A program made the translations under genes and the position numbers. A stretch of 64,000 nt of DNA. It comes from a candidate division FCPU426 bacterium. GTDB taxonomy: Bacteria > Oederibacteriota > Muellerivitia > Muellerivitales > Muellerivitaceae. Every line of letters starts with the position of its first letter. The first letter of the stretch is position 1. Of this stretch, positions 40,407 to 50,310 are shown piece by piece. Under the pieces are notes generated by a model that made no database searches, was not told the DNA's origin, and worked only from the letters and a program-made list of their open reading frames with translations. Where the stretch lies: contig CAWCKJ010000011.1 of assembly GCA_963796105.1 (NCBI GenBank), forward strand, positions 32,001-96,000, in the 5' to 3' direction.

Positions 40407-40817
40407 ATGAAAAAGATTCTGGCTTTGCTGGCTGTCGTAGGTTGTTTGATGTTTGTTGGTAAAACAGTTTGGGCGGATGGCGCCGCGAATAAGACCGCGG
40501 ACCAAAGCCTGACGGGCGAAGTGGTCTGTATTTCCTGCTACCTGGGCCATGGCGCCACGGGAGAGGCCCACGCTAAGTGCGCCGCGCAATGTTTCAAGAA
40601 GGGTTTGCCAATAGGCCTGAAGGTGGGAGACAAGCTTTACCTGGTGGTAGGCGCTCACCACGGCACCGCCAGCAAGATGATGGCTTCCTTGGCCGGACAA
40701 CAAGTCACCGTCACGGGGCATGTGACCGAGCAGGATGGGATGAGCATGGTCGAGGTCTCAAAGGCAGAGAAGGCCGCGGCTTCGACGGAAGCTCCCGCCA
40801 AAGAACCCGCCCAATAA
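40407..40817 (+). CDS. Small exported Cys/His/Met-rich protein
   Basis: Signal peptide (VWA|D), CISCYL, HAKCAAQC, QVTVTGHV. Confidence 0.8.
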   Translation: MKKILALLAVVGCLMFVGKTVWADGAANKTADQSLTGEVVCISCYLGHGATGEAHAKCAAQCFKKGLPIGLKVGDKLYLVVGAHHGTASKMMASLAGQQVTVTGHVTEQDGMSMVEVSKAEKAAASTEAPAKEPAQ

Positions 40818-40931
40818 TAGGCTGGCTTTCTTAGCAACGGTGATCAAGCTTTAATCAAGATGGGATTTGTCCAATCAATGGACAAAAACCGTTCTCCTTT
40901 AAGCACCAAGATGGGATTTGTCTTTGGTCTT

Positions 40932-42882
40932 CTATGCTTTTGTGAGTCCCGTCACCTCGTAAACCCGCACCGGGTCGGTAAAGCCCTTCAAGGCGACCGG
41001 ATCCAGCGCCCTCACTTCCACCAGGCCCTTGAGCTTACGGTACATGTACTCCGAGATGAGAATCTGCCCTGGGACCGCCTTGGAGCAGAGCCGCGAGGCC
41101 AGGTTCACTTCCTCCCCGATCACCGTGTAGTCGGTGCGCTTGTCCGAGCCGAGGTTGCCGGATACCACCACGCCCGTGTTGATGCCCACCCCCATGGTCA
41201 GGGGCGTCAAATTCTTCTCGACCCTGGCGCGGTTGAATTTTCCCAGGACTTCCTGCATTTCCAGGGCGGCTTTCACGGCCCTCAATTCCTTGTCCTCGAA
41301 TGGTATGGGCGCCCCCCAGACCGCCATGAGGGCGTCCCCGATGAACTTATCCAGGGTTCCCTCGTATTTAATGACCACATCCACCATGAGGGTGAAATAC
41401 TCGTTCAAGTCCGCGACGATTTTCTCGGGCGGGGCCTTCTCGCTAAGGGCGGTGAACCCCCGGATGTCGGTAAAAAGAATGGCGCATTCCCGTCTTTCCC
41501 CCCTCAGGGCCACGCCTTCCTGACCAGCCAGGACCTTCTTAGCCACCTCCGGGGAAATGTATTTCCCGAGGATGCTCGTCACCCTCTCCTTTTCCCTCAA
41601 CCCCTCGATCATGCCATTGAAGGCGTCGGCCAGCAGGACCAGTTCGTCCTGGGTTTTCACGGACACCCTGGCGTTCAGGTTCCCCTTGGCGACTTCCTGG
41701 ACCCCCTTGATGAGGCTTCCCAAAGGCTCGGTGATTCTGCGGGCGATCAGCATGGCCAGGACGAACGCCACCACCACCCCCAGGGCGCCGATCACCACGA
41801 TGGAATAAGTAGATACCCACGGGCAAGCCCGTGGTCCTAAAATCAAAATTCAAGCAAAGTTCGCTTGCCGTGCCTTTGGCACGGTTGCCTTTCACCCACG
41901 GGCAAGCCCGTGGAACTCAAACCTGGCTTTGGAGGTTCCTCTGGGGCGCCAGGGCCTTGTCCAGGGACCGGAGGATGGCGTAGTCCCCCATGTCCTTCCC
42001 CTGGGTGTCGTTAAATGGGGAAAAGAGGGCCAGGTAATTCTCACCTGCCATTTTTAACGGGAGTGACGAGGGAGCCTCCCCCTTCCCGGACGGGACATCA
42101 GCCCCTGGGCCGGCCGAGGCTAGGCTTTTCTCCACCAGGGGTTTTTGGTCTTCCGGCCAGGTGGAGGCGAAAACCTTCCGGCCGATATAAACCGCGACTT
42201 CGCTGTCGGTCATTTTTTTCAATTGCTGGGCCAGGTCGTCGTCCAAAGGCGAGCCCAAGATCAGGGCACCCAGGATTTCCCCCCCGATATGGATCGGGAC
42301 GGTCACGGTCTGGAAGGCCTTTTGAACGGGCTTCCCTTCCTTATTCTCAAGCGGAAGGGGATAGATGAACCCGCCTCCGGAGGCTCCTCCCGCCAGGGCT
42401 TTTTTCACGTTGGGCCAGCCGTCCGCGAACACGAGTGGGAAGGGCTTGATCTTGCTCTGGTCTGGGTCGCGGCCCTCGCGCAGGGCCAGGTTCACCTCGG
42501 GGATATGGAAAGAGTCGAAAAGCACCTTCCCCCGCTTGTCCGTCACTAGGAAAAGCGGTTCCCTGACGGTCTCATTCAAGAGCATGCAGACGTCCGTCGT
42601 GGTGGCCACGTTGGGGTTGGGCACGTCGATGGCGGCCTTCAGGTGGGAATCATCCGCGATGAGCCGGGCCTTGGCGGTGAGGCTGGTGACGCGCTCCTGT
42701 ACGACGCGGTCGAAGACCGAAAGCGTGTTGGCCAGTTGGTTGTTGAGGGCGTCCTGGGCGAGGGTCCTAAGCCTTTCATTCAAGGTGAAGAGGACCGCGG
42801 AGACCAGCAGGACAACCAGGACCGTTACAGCGGCCAGGAGCTTGTCCCTGAGCCTGAAACGCGGCGCCCCCGGGGCGCTCAC
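40932..42882 (-). pseudogene. Membrane sensor-HAMP-class III adenylate cyclase, split by a miniature insertion
   Basis: 5' part (41917-42882) TM + Cache-like domain; 3' part second TM, HAMP, LFTDIRGFT, DKFIGDA, YTVIGEEVNLASRL; parts are in different frames. Confidence 0.85.
41808..41928. mobile_element. IS200/IS605-like miniature element (~121 bp)
   Basis: Two identical ACCCACGGGCAAGCCCGTGG hairpins (41815-41834, 41894-41913) and a central CCGTGCC/GGCACGG hairpin; boundaries approximate. Confidence 0.75.
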
Positions 42883-43577
42883 TTTTGGACCTGGCTGAGT
42901 GTGATATCCGCCCGGGCGGTTGCGCCCTTCACGACCGTGACCTCTTTTTCCATGGTGGCCCAGTAATCATGCCAGGCGGCGAGGGTGTAGGTGCCAGGCG
43001 GGATGCCCTCCAGCCTGAACTTCTGGCCGGGCTTGACGGTGGTGAAAAATGGGTTGTCCAGGACCAGGATGTTGCTTTTCATGTCCGAGTGGATTTCGCA
43101 ATAGACCTTCACCGGTACCTCCGACCGTACCATTTTCACGGAGGACTTTTCCCCCCGGCTTTTTTTACCCAGGTGGAAGCTGTTGGCTTGGGAATTGGTG
43201 AAAACATTGTGGTAAACCGGGTCGTGGTTCGTGAAATCCACCACGGTCCCTTTCAGGACGGGAATGACGTGGTGGGTGAATTGCAGGTACTTTTGGTCCA
43301 GTTTGACGTGTTCTTTGGGAGGGGTGAAATTCCCCGGCACTTTCTTGAGGTAAACCACCACTTCCTCAGGAACCGGATGCCTGGCTTTCAGGGTGTCGTA
43401 GTCGGCGTTGTCATAGAAGGAATGCATCTCGTCAAGCTCGTCCTCCGGCGCGGTTTTCCTCGGGGGGGCCGTGACTTTCAGGGTTCCTTCAAGGGAACCC
43501 AGGTCGGAGGCGGGGTTACCATAAGCCCAGGACCAGCCAACCAGGAATATAACAACTACAGCAATCCAAGACTTCAT
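42879..43577 (-). CDS. Exported cupredoxin-like / carboxypeptidase-regulatory-like protein (MauL-like)
   Basis: Signal peptide, LDQK..QF, FTNHDPVYHNVF, YCEIHSDM (H...CxxHxxM), IPPGTYTLAAWH. Confidence 0.82.
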   Translation of the reverse strand: MKSWIAVVVIFLVGWSWAYGNPASDLGSLEGTLKVTAPPRKTAPEDELDEMHSFYDNADYDTLKARHPVPEEVVVYLKKVPGNFTPPKEHVKLDQKYLQFTHHVIPVLKGTVVDFTNHDPVYHNVFTNSQANSFHLGKKSRGEKSSVKMVRSEVPVKVYCEIHSDMKSNILVLDNPFFTTVKPGQKFRLEGIPPGTYTLAAWHDYWATMEKEVTVVKGATARADITLSQVQK

Positions 43578-43641
43578 TCATCTCTCCCCAGAATTCCTAT
43601 TAGTAATTCATCTTTAAACTTATAGATTTTCTTAGCTTTTA

Positions 43642-43671
43642 CCTGTGGTTCTGAAAGAACCTGTGGTGAAA
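43642..43671 (-). repeat. Divergent member of the TTCACCACAGG-hairpin family
   Basis: TTTCACCACAGGTTCT-TTC-AGAACCACAGG. Confidence 0.5.
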
Positions 43672-43692
43672 ATGAATTAAGATTTCTTCATT

Positions 43693-44949
43693 TTAGAAAC
43701 CGAAGGCCCACTGCGCCGCTACCTCGGCGGAGTTTCCACTGCTCGCCTGGATCAAGCGTCCCTCCAGCTTGAGGCAGGAAACCGTGGGAACAACTTCATA
43801 CCGGATGCCTGCCAGGTATTCGGTTTGGTTCTGGGCGAGCATGGCCGTGAAGAAGGGGTCCATGCCGTCCAGGTACAGGTTTTCCACCCGAAGATAGGGT
43901 TTCCAATCATCCGCCACACGCCATCCCAACTGGGCGTAAAAGGCCCTGTTTCCCGCCGTTCCCAACGTGGAAGAGCCCTGGATTTGGTCGTTGAAATCGA
44001 AGAACTCCCCAAACATCTCAAAGTCATCGTCCCGGTAGGCGATTTCACCGGCCACAATAACCTGGTTGAGCCCATTGAACAACAAAGGTGAACCTAGGAG
44101 GTCTGAGGTTTCCGGAATCGTGTCATACCTGTTCCAATCCGCCGAACACCCGACGCTGAAACCAGCGTTGGCCCAGGGTTTAAATACCAGCCGTCCCGCG
44201 AATATTTTTTGGTTGGTTCCCGCCCCCGCAGTGTTGTCGGTAAGTTCGGCCCCGATGACATGGCCGGATCCGTCACCCGTCAGGCCGATGCTTTCCCCGT
44301 TCCCCGCGTTAAGCTCGTATTTCAGGCTGGGCCCGCCCAGGGCGAGAATGCCGTCGGCGGTGATTCCGGTGACATGGACCGGGATAAGGCCCCCGTCGTC
44401 CTCGAAGGACAGGAAAAAGGGCCTCTCGATGGTGGTTTGAAGCTGGGCCGCGTACCCGAATGTGCGGTTCCAAAAGCCCAGGGCCGTATGGTCCCGTCCC
44501 GCGCTGATCCGGAGCTCGTTGGAAAATGTATAGCCGACCAGGACTCGGTCGACATTTAAGACAGGTCCATCATTCTCGAACTCCACCAGGTTCTCGTCAA
44601 CGAATGCCAAATGGTCCCCGTATCTTCCCGTCAAGAAAAGGGCCGCGGAACCGACTGAAAAACTATTGTTTGATGGAAAGGAACCGCTAGGGCCCGTCAA
44701 TTGGTAGTCCGCGTCGCCATAGACCCCGATCTTGATTCGGAGTTTACCCTCACGGATTTCCGTAGGTTGGCCGTCGTCCTTTTTTACGATTTTAGTCGGG
44801 CTGGGTTTGGCGGGCTGGGTTTTGGAAAGGGTATTTCCTCCATTGGCTCCCGAAGTTCCATCGCCTGGATCGGCCCAGGCGGTAAAATGCGATGAAGCCA
44901 GGATCAGGATAAAAGCGGAAACAAAAGCCCGGATTACAGTAATTTTCAT
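43693..44949 (-). CDS. Outer-membrane beta-barrel (porin-like) protein
   Basis: Signal peptide, alternating amphipathic strands, C-terminal QWAFGF. Confidence 0.8.
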   Translation of the reverse strand: MKITVIRAFVSAFILILASSHFTAWADPGDGTSGANGGNTLSKTQPAKPSPTKIVKKDDGQPTEIREGKLRIKIGVYGDADYQLTGPSGSFPSNNSFSVGSAALFLTGRYGDHLAFVDENLVEFENDGPVLNVDRVLVGYTFSNELRISAGRDHTALGFWNRTFGYAAQLQTTIERPFFLSFEDDGGLIPVHVTGITADGILALGGPSLKYELNAGNGESIGLTGDGSGHVIGAELTDNTAGAGTNQKIFAGRLVFKPWANAGFSVGCSADWNRYDTIPETSDLLGSPLLFNGLNQVIVAGEIAYRDDDFEMFGEFFDFNDQIQGSSTLGTAGNRAFYAQLGWRVADDWKPYLRVENLYLDGMDPFFTAMLAQNQTEYLAGIRYEVVPTVSCLKLEGRLIQASSGNSAEVAAQWAFGF

Positions 44950-44993
44950 CGAATATTCTCCCTGGTTAAAAAAATCCAGCGAACATAATATTT

Positions 44994-45122
44994 AAGTTCT
45001 GAAAAAGTCGGTATATCGCCGACTTTTTAAGCAACCATTGCTGGTAACCCCACGATTTCCTACGGAAATCTTTGGGGTCGAAACCTCTGTTTGACGCTTA
45101 ATTTTGGTTTTCAGAGGTTTCA
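44994..45122 (+). mobile_element. MITE-like element, copy 1 (IS5-like ends)
   Basis: TCTGAAAAAGTCGG ... TTTTCAGAGGTTTC; inverted homolog at 46245-46375. Confidence 0.72.
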
Positions 45123-45230
45123 ATTTTAATCTTTTGTCGTTACCTTGAATATTCAAACCTTACCAGGAAATCAGCCCAGCCTAAAAGGGTTCCTGCTTAA
45201 TAGCAAGACTCCGTCAAAAGCCGTATTGAT

Positions 45231-45746
45231 TCAGGGATTTTTAGAAGCTTTCTTCAAGGCGGCAAGAAGGGTGCTTCCCCTCGTCACGGATGTGTAGCGA
45301 GCCTGGACGATCCCGTTCTTGAAGACCATCAGGGTCGGGATATACATGATTTTATAATGGGCCGCGATTTCCCTGCCCTCGTCAGTATTAAGCTTTGCCA
45401 CCACCGCTTTGTCCCCGATTTGCTCGGCCACCTGCTCCACGATGGGCCCTTGCATCCGGCAGGGTCCGCACCAGGGCGCCCAAAAGTCCACCAGGACCGG
45501 TTTCTTGGATTTGAGAACGACCTTTTTCCAGGTATCGGGAGAGAGCTGGATCACGCCAGCCGGCGTGGCTGAGTCAGCGGATAAAGTTCCGAAGGAGGAG
45601 GCCAGGAACAATCCCATCATCATCACGCGCGGAAAGTTTCCGGATCTATTGATTTTAATTTCGCATTTCACCCTTTTATTTTCCGCTCGGCGGTAATACC
45701 CATAACCAAATAACCCGCCCATTAAAACCGCTAATAACAATGCCAT
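45231..45746 (-). CDS. Thioredoxin with N-terminal hydrophobic extension
   Basis: [15 protein letters not shown]; two hydrophobic N-terminal segments. Confidence 0.9.
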   Translation of the reverse strand: MALLLAVLMGGLFGYGYYRRAENKRVKCEIKINRSGNFPRVMMMGLFLASSFGTLSADSATPAGVIQLSPDTWKKVVLKSKKPVLVDFWAPWCGPCRMQGPIVEQVAEQIGDKAVVAKLNTDEGREIAAHYKIMYIPTLMVFKNGIVQARYTSVTRGSTLLAALKKASKNP

Positions 45747-45851
45747 GTCTCGCTCCCCTCAAATTCCGTTGGATTCATCACAAAGACATAATATGGCCGG
45801 CCGTTCCAAAAAATAAGACCTTTCGGAATAAATAACTCTCCGGTTTAAGTC

Positions 45852-46223
45852 TTAATCCTTTTTGGCGTAATTGGCCATTCCCAGGAAATCCACAAGCACG
45901 ACAGGCTCATTGCCCACAACCCAGCCGTCGTGCCCCGGGGGAATCGAGGAAACATCACCTGCCTTGCACTCATACTCGGTCCCGTCGTCCATCCGGACCC
46001 TCATCACCCCTGAGACATGGTATTGGAAATGGCGCGCCTCACAGCTTTCGGTCTTGACTATGGGTTTTATGGAACTGGACCACCTGAAACCCGGCAGGTA
46101 AGTCACCTTCCCGACGACCTTGTCCCCGAATTTGACCAGTTCGATTTTCCCGTTGGGTATTTCCCTGACCTCATCAGGATGGTCGAAGTTTTTCGCCTCC
46201 ACCTTTTTTTTGTCCATGAACAT
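45852..46223 (-). CDS. Cupin-domain protein
   Basis: PGFRWS..KPIVKTESCEARH, IPPGHDGWVVG. Confidence 0.85.
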   Translation of the reverse strand: MFMDKKKVEAKNFDHPDEVREIPNGKIELVKFGDKVVGKVTYLPGFRWSSSIKPIVKTESCEARHFQYHVSGVMRVRMDDGTEYECKAGDVSSIPPGHDGWVVGNEPVVLVDFLGMANYAKKD

Positions 46224-46244
46224 GGAGCCTCCCCTTTTTCAATC

Positions 46245-46375
46245 TGAAACCTCTGAAGAACTGTAAAAAGCGGCCAACAGAAGTTTCGACCCCAAAGATT
46301 TCCGCAGGAAATCGCGGGGTTTCCATAAATGGTTTTCTGAAAAAGAGGGCGATAGCCGACTTTTTCAGAGGTTAC
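46245..46375 (-). mobile_element. MITE-like element, copy 2
   Basis: Ends AACCTCTGAA / TTCAGAGGTT; reverse complement aligns to 44994-45122. Confidence 0.75.
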
Positions 46376-46505
46376 AATTTATGTATTCAAGCCTTGAAAC
46401 CGGGTCAGTATAGAAAAGGAGCTAGTGAAATTTCTCGGAGGGATAACTGATTTTTTTAGTGCGGGGACGGCAATTTCTATTAATTCTTGGCTTTTTTATC
46501 AGGAT

Positions 46506-47006
46506 TTATAACTCTTTTTCATACAGCCGGACCACCCACTGCTCCCAGGGCTTCGTACCGGCCTTTTTGAAACCGTTCGACTCATAATAGGCGCATAGAC
46601 GGCCGTTGGCGTCGTTGCAATCCAGCCTCACGTATTTCTTCCCGGCGCTTTCGGCGGCCTTTTCGATGAAAGCCAAAATCTCACGCCCGACACCTTTCCC
46701 GATGATGGAAGGGTCGATTCCCATGGTATGGATCCAGCAGGCCAGGCCGTCCTTCTTCATGGGATGCCAGAAGGTGTCGTCCCATTGTATGACGAAGACG
46801 CCGGATAAATTCCCGTCTTTCAGGATTTTGTAAACCTCCCCCTCCTGGAAACGGCGTTTGAGGATGACCGCCCCTTTTCTCTCTTCCAGGAACTGCTTCC
46901 ACTGGTCGAGGCCTTTTCTCTGGAGCCAAACGGCGATGCGCCTCAGCAAGGCCAGGATTTCATCGGAATCAGTTTGTTCCGCCCGTTGGAAGATCAGGTC
47001 ATTCAT
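46506..47006 (-). CDS. GNAT-family acetyltransferase
   Basis: GKGVGREIL, VRLDC..N.RL..YYESNGF. Confidence 0.9.
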   Translation of the reverse strand: MNDLIFQRAEQTDSDEILALLRRIAVWLQRKGLDQWKQFLEERKGAVILKRRFQEGEVYKILKDGNLSGVFVIQWDDTFWHPMKKDGLACWIHTMGIDPSIIGKGVGREILAFIEKAAESAGKKYVRLDCNDANGRLCAYYESNGFKKAGTKPWEQWVVRLYEKEL

Positions 47007-47482
47007 GAATGGCAGTCGCTTTCAACAAGGCGCCTGTCCTTGGGGAATTTGTCCCAGCCGTTTTTGGAGGCGTATTCCAGGACCAGGGGAATCCTTTGGT
47101 CGAACATCCTCTTCCAGCCCCGGGCCATGATCTTTTTCACGAGGAGTCCCTTTAAGCCCTTGAACCCGTCCTGGACCAAGCTTAGCTTGGTTCCTTTCCC
47201 CTCTTCTTTGAGCTTCCAAGTAATCAGGAAGGGGTCTTTCCCCCCGTCGTTTCCACATTGGCTCCAGGAAAGTCGATGGGGTTCCTCCACCTCTAAAACC
47301 ACACAGCGGGCGATGCCGTCCCAGCCTGCCATGGGTTTGGCCCACATTTTGAATTTATAACCGACCTGGGGCTTGAATTCGTTTTTCATCAGCCATTGGG
47401 CGATGGATTCGGATTCGGTCAAAGCCTTCCACACATGCTCGATGGGATAGGGATAAAAAGCTTCCAGCTCAATCTCGGCCAT
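47003..47482 (-). CDS. SRPBCC/AHA1-domain protein
   Basis: PIEHVWKALT..IAQWLM, VLEVEEPHRLSWS, GTKLSL. Confidence 0.85.
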   Translation of the reverse strand: MAEIELEAFYPYPIEHVWKALTESESIAQWLMKNEFKPQVGYKFKMWAKPMAGWDGIARCVVLEVEEPHRLSWSQCGNDGGKDPFLITWKLKEEGKGTKLSLVQDGFKGLKGLLVKKIMARGWKRMFDQRIPLVLEYASKNGWDKFPKDRRLVESDCHS

Positions 47483-47574
47483 CGATTCTCCTGAAATTAT
47501 TATTTTAAAAATTACGGAGGGGGTAGTAAGGGGGCGGATTAAGATTAACAAAATCCAAGCAACGGATTCAAAGT

Positions 47575-48015
47575 TTATTTATTCAGCTTATTCATTCCAT
47601 TTGATTTTCCGCAAAGGGTGCACTTTTTATTGTGGACGCAGATGATGCCTCCCCCGAAGTTACAGGACCATCGGATTTTCTCGTTCGCGGCGAATTCCCG
47701 GATCCCCGAATTCCGGATATTCCCCAGGTTCTCAATGATGCTCATTTGATATCGGGTTTTGTACCGGTGATCCAGGTGTTTGAGTTTGTCGCAGGGGAAT
47801 TTCCCGCACTCAAAACAATATCTCCCTTTGCTTTTTCTAAAAATTTCGCAGTTCCTGATCGTGCACTGAACGCAGCTTTTCGACTTATTGACATCGCGGC
47901 CCCTGCATCCGGGGCATTTTTTTGTCTTCCGCAAATTAGCCCTGCAAATACCGCAGTTCATCCCGCAGGGCGCGATCAGCGCAAGGTTACTCAAGGGTTT
48001 TTCTTTAACTCTCAT
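47575..48015 (-). CDS. DUF3795-type Cys-rich protein
   Basis: IAPCGMNCGIC, CPGC, CTIRNC, CFECGKFPC; start uncertain. Confidence 0.8.
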   Translation of the reverse strand: MRVKEKPLSNLALIAPCGMNCGICRANLRKTKKCPGCRGRDVNKSKSCVQCTIRNCEIFRKSKGRYCFECGKFPCDKLKHLDHRYKTRYQMSIIENLGNIRNSGIREFAANEKIRWSCNFGGGIICVHNKKCTLCGKSNGMNKLNK

Positions 48016-48151
48016 CTCCCCCATTCCTCCCCCGAACGGATTCGAACGTTTCAATAACCTTTCAGGGTAATTATTTTATCGTTTAAGGAAAAACAGCGGG
48101 GAATATTTGGAATAAATTGACGTTAAGTGGTTACCGGGAGTAACCGCCTTT

Positions 48152-49822
48152 TTATTTTTCGACTGGGCCCCGGGGATATATCCGCAAATAAGAAAGGTAT
48201 CCTCCCGGTAAGTTCCTGGCCTTGAACCCGTTTTGCAGAAGTATCCGGTTGGCGTAATAGGACCTTTGGCCGACCCGGCAATAGGCCCATATTTCTTTGT
48301 CTTTCGGCAGTTCCCCCAGCCGCCCGCGCAGCTCATTCACCGGGATGTTGACGGCCCCGGGGATGTGGCCGGAAGAATATTCCGAGGTATCCCGGACATC
48401 CAGAATGATTTTTTCAGTGGGCGTAAGGAGGGTACCCCAGTCGGCCAATTCCAAATCTCCCCTCATGACGTTGGACGCGATCATTCCAGCCAGGTTCACC
48501 GGATCCTTGGCCGCGCCGTATTGGGGCGCGTAACTCAACTCGGCTTCCTCCAAATCCTGGACCGTGCCTCCCATTTGGATCATGGCGGAGGCCACGTCCA
48601 CCCTCTTTTCCACCCCTTCCTCGCCCACGGCCTGGAAGCCCAGGACTTTCCCGTCCCGGCGGTCGAATAGAAGCTTGATGAAGATGGGTTTGGTGTTGGG
48701 GTAATAAGCCACATGGTGGCCGGGATGCAGGTAAACCTTGCCGTAATCCTTGAACCCATAAGCCTTGAGGGTTTTCTCGCTTTCCCCTGTTTGGGCGGCC
48801 GTCAGACCGAAGAGGCCGCAAACCGAGGTGGCCTGCACTCCGCGGAATTTTCTGGGTTTACCGGAAAGGACATCCGCGGCGATTCGCCCCTGGCGGTTGG
48901 CGGGACCAGCCAGGGGTATGAGTTTGGCCGCACCCAGGGGAAGGGTCTTCACTTCCACCGCGTCCCCCACAGCGAATATGGAAGGATCGCTGGTTCTCAT
49001 CTCGTCGTCCACCTTGATTCCACCCATGGGGCCTAATTCCAGTCCCGTTTCCCTGGCCAAATCCGTTTCCGGCCTCACTCCGATTGCGAGTATCACCATC
49101 CCAGCCTGGATTTTCTCTCCCGATTGGGTCATCACCGTCAGGCCGTTCGGACCGGTTTCGAAGGAAACAGCGCCGTCATTCAACCTTAAATCCACGCCCT
49201 TTTCCCTCAACTTTTCCTGGATGGGTTCCGCCATCTCAGGATCCAAGGGGGGCATGACCTGGGCGCTCATTTCCAGGATCGTCACCTGGAGCCCCTTATG
49301 GACCAGGTTCTCGGCCATCTCCAATCCCACGAAACCTCCTCCCACCACCAGGGCGTTCTTGACGTTCTTTTCCTCGATCCATTCGCGGATGCGCCTTGAG
49401 TCGGGGATGTTCCGAAGGGTGAAGATGCCGGGCAGATCAACTCCCGGCAAGGGGGGCTTGATAGGCTTGGCGCCGGGGGAAAGCACGAGGGCGTCGTAGG
49501 ATTCGGTGTATGTTTTTCCGGTGGCCAGGTCTTTTACCGAGATTTTTTTATTGGATCGGTCGATGGAAAGAACTTCGTTCTCCACCCTGACCTGGATATT
49601 GAAACGATCACGGAATAGGGCCGGCGTGGCCAGAAGGAGCTTTTTTTCCTCGGTGATCACCTCGCCCACGTAATAGGGCAGGCCGCAATTGGCGAAGGAG
49701 ACGTATTTTCCCCGGTCCAGCAGGAGGATTTCCAAATCCTCCCTTTGGCGCCGAAGCCTGGCCGCGCAGGATGCCCCGCCCGCCACTCCCCCGACAATCA
49801 CTACTTTTTTTAGTTTATCCAC
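48152..49822 (-). CDS. CoA-disulfide/persulfide reductase with C-terminal rhodanese (CoADR-RHD/Npsr type)
   Basis: GGVAGG, SFANCGLPY, GGGFVG, YAPQY, rhodanese YCRVGQRS. Confidence 0.93.
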   Translation of the reverse strand: MDKLKKVVIVGGVAGGASCAARLRRQREDLEILLLDRGKYVSFANCGLPYYVGEVITEEKKLLLATPALFRDRFNIQVRVENEVLSIDRSNKKISVKDLATGKTYTESYDALVLSPGAKPIKPPLPGVDLPGIFTLRNIPDSRRIREWIEEKNVKNALVVGGGFVGLEMAENLVHKGLQVTILEMSAQVMPPLDPEMAEPIQEKLREKGVDLRLNDGAVSFETGPNGLTVMTQSGEKIQAGMVILAIGVRPETDLARETGLELGPMGGIKVDDEMRTSDPSIFAVGDAVEVKTLPLGAAKLIPLAGPANRQGRIAADVLSGKPRKFRGVQATSVCGLFGLTAAQTGESEKTLKAYGFKDYGKVYLHPGHHVAYYPNTKPIFIKLLFDRRDGKVLGFQAVGEEGVEKRVDVASAMIQMGGTVQDLEEAELSYAPQYGAAKDPVNLAGMIASNVMRGDLELADWGTLLTPTEKIILDVRDTSEYSSGHIPGAVNIPVNELRGRLGELPKDKEIWAYCRVGQRSYYANRILLQNGFKARNLPGGYLSYLRIYPRGPVEK

Positions 49823-50245
49823 CGGGTATCCTTCTTTCTAAAGATCGGGTTATTGAGTTTTTTCCTTTACTCCACGGGAAGGCCGCTTCGGCTCCAGGCC
49901 ATGATTCCACCCGCAATATGTGCCGCCTTGGTGAAACCTTTTTCCTTCAACAGACGCAAGGCCGTGGCGCTACGGCTTCCGCTTCGGCAATAAAGGATCA
50001 CGGGCTTGTTCTTGTCTACTTCACCAAGGCGTTTTCCCAATTCGTGGAGGGGAATCAACTTGGACCCGGCGATATGGCCTTGGCGATTTTCCTCTACGCT
50101 CCGAACATCAACGAGTTGGGGCGGGTTGCCGCCCTTTAACCGTTGGAAGGCTTCTTGCGGCGCCAGCTCGGCAGAAGGATCGGAAGGACCGACGCCCAGC
50201 AACATTTTGAACAACGAAATGATGCTTCCCATGCGAACTCCTTTT
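49733..50245 (-). repeat. Diverged duplication, copy A (rhodanese + 5' end of CoADR)
   Basis: Aligns to 62249-62746. Confidence 0.88.
49867..50232 (-). CDS. Single-domain rhodanese
   Basis: LVDVR, GHIAGS, YCRSGSRS, GGIMAW. Confidence 0.92.
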   Translation of the reverse strand: MGSIISLFKMLLGVGPSDPSAELAPQEAFQRLKGGNPPQLVDVRSVEENRQGHIAGSKLIPLHELGKRLGEVDKNKPVILYCRSGSRSATALRLLKEKGFTKAAHIAGGIMAWSRSGLPVE

Positions 50246-50310
50246 ATAATGAATTTAAACTCAAAAAACCAATCACTGGCCTTTTTTATAACCGGTCATG
50301 AGAAAAATCG

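Noticed and set aside
40407..40817. c-type cytochrome
   Set aside because: Motifs are CISCY and CAAQC, not CxxCH
41917..41919. Selenocysteine or stop read-through joining the cyclase halves
   Set aside because: The halves are in different frames, and the insertion explains the break
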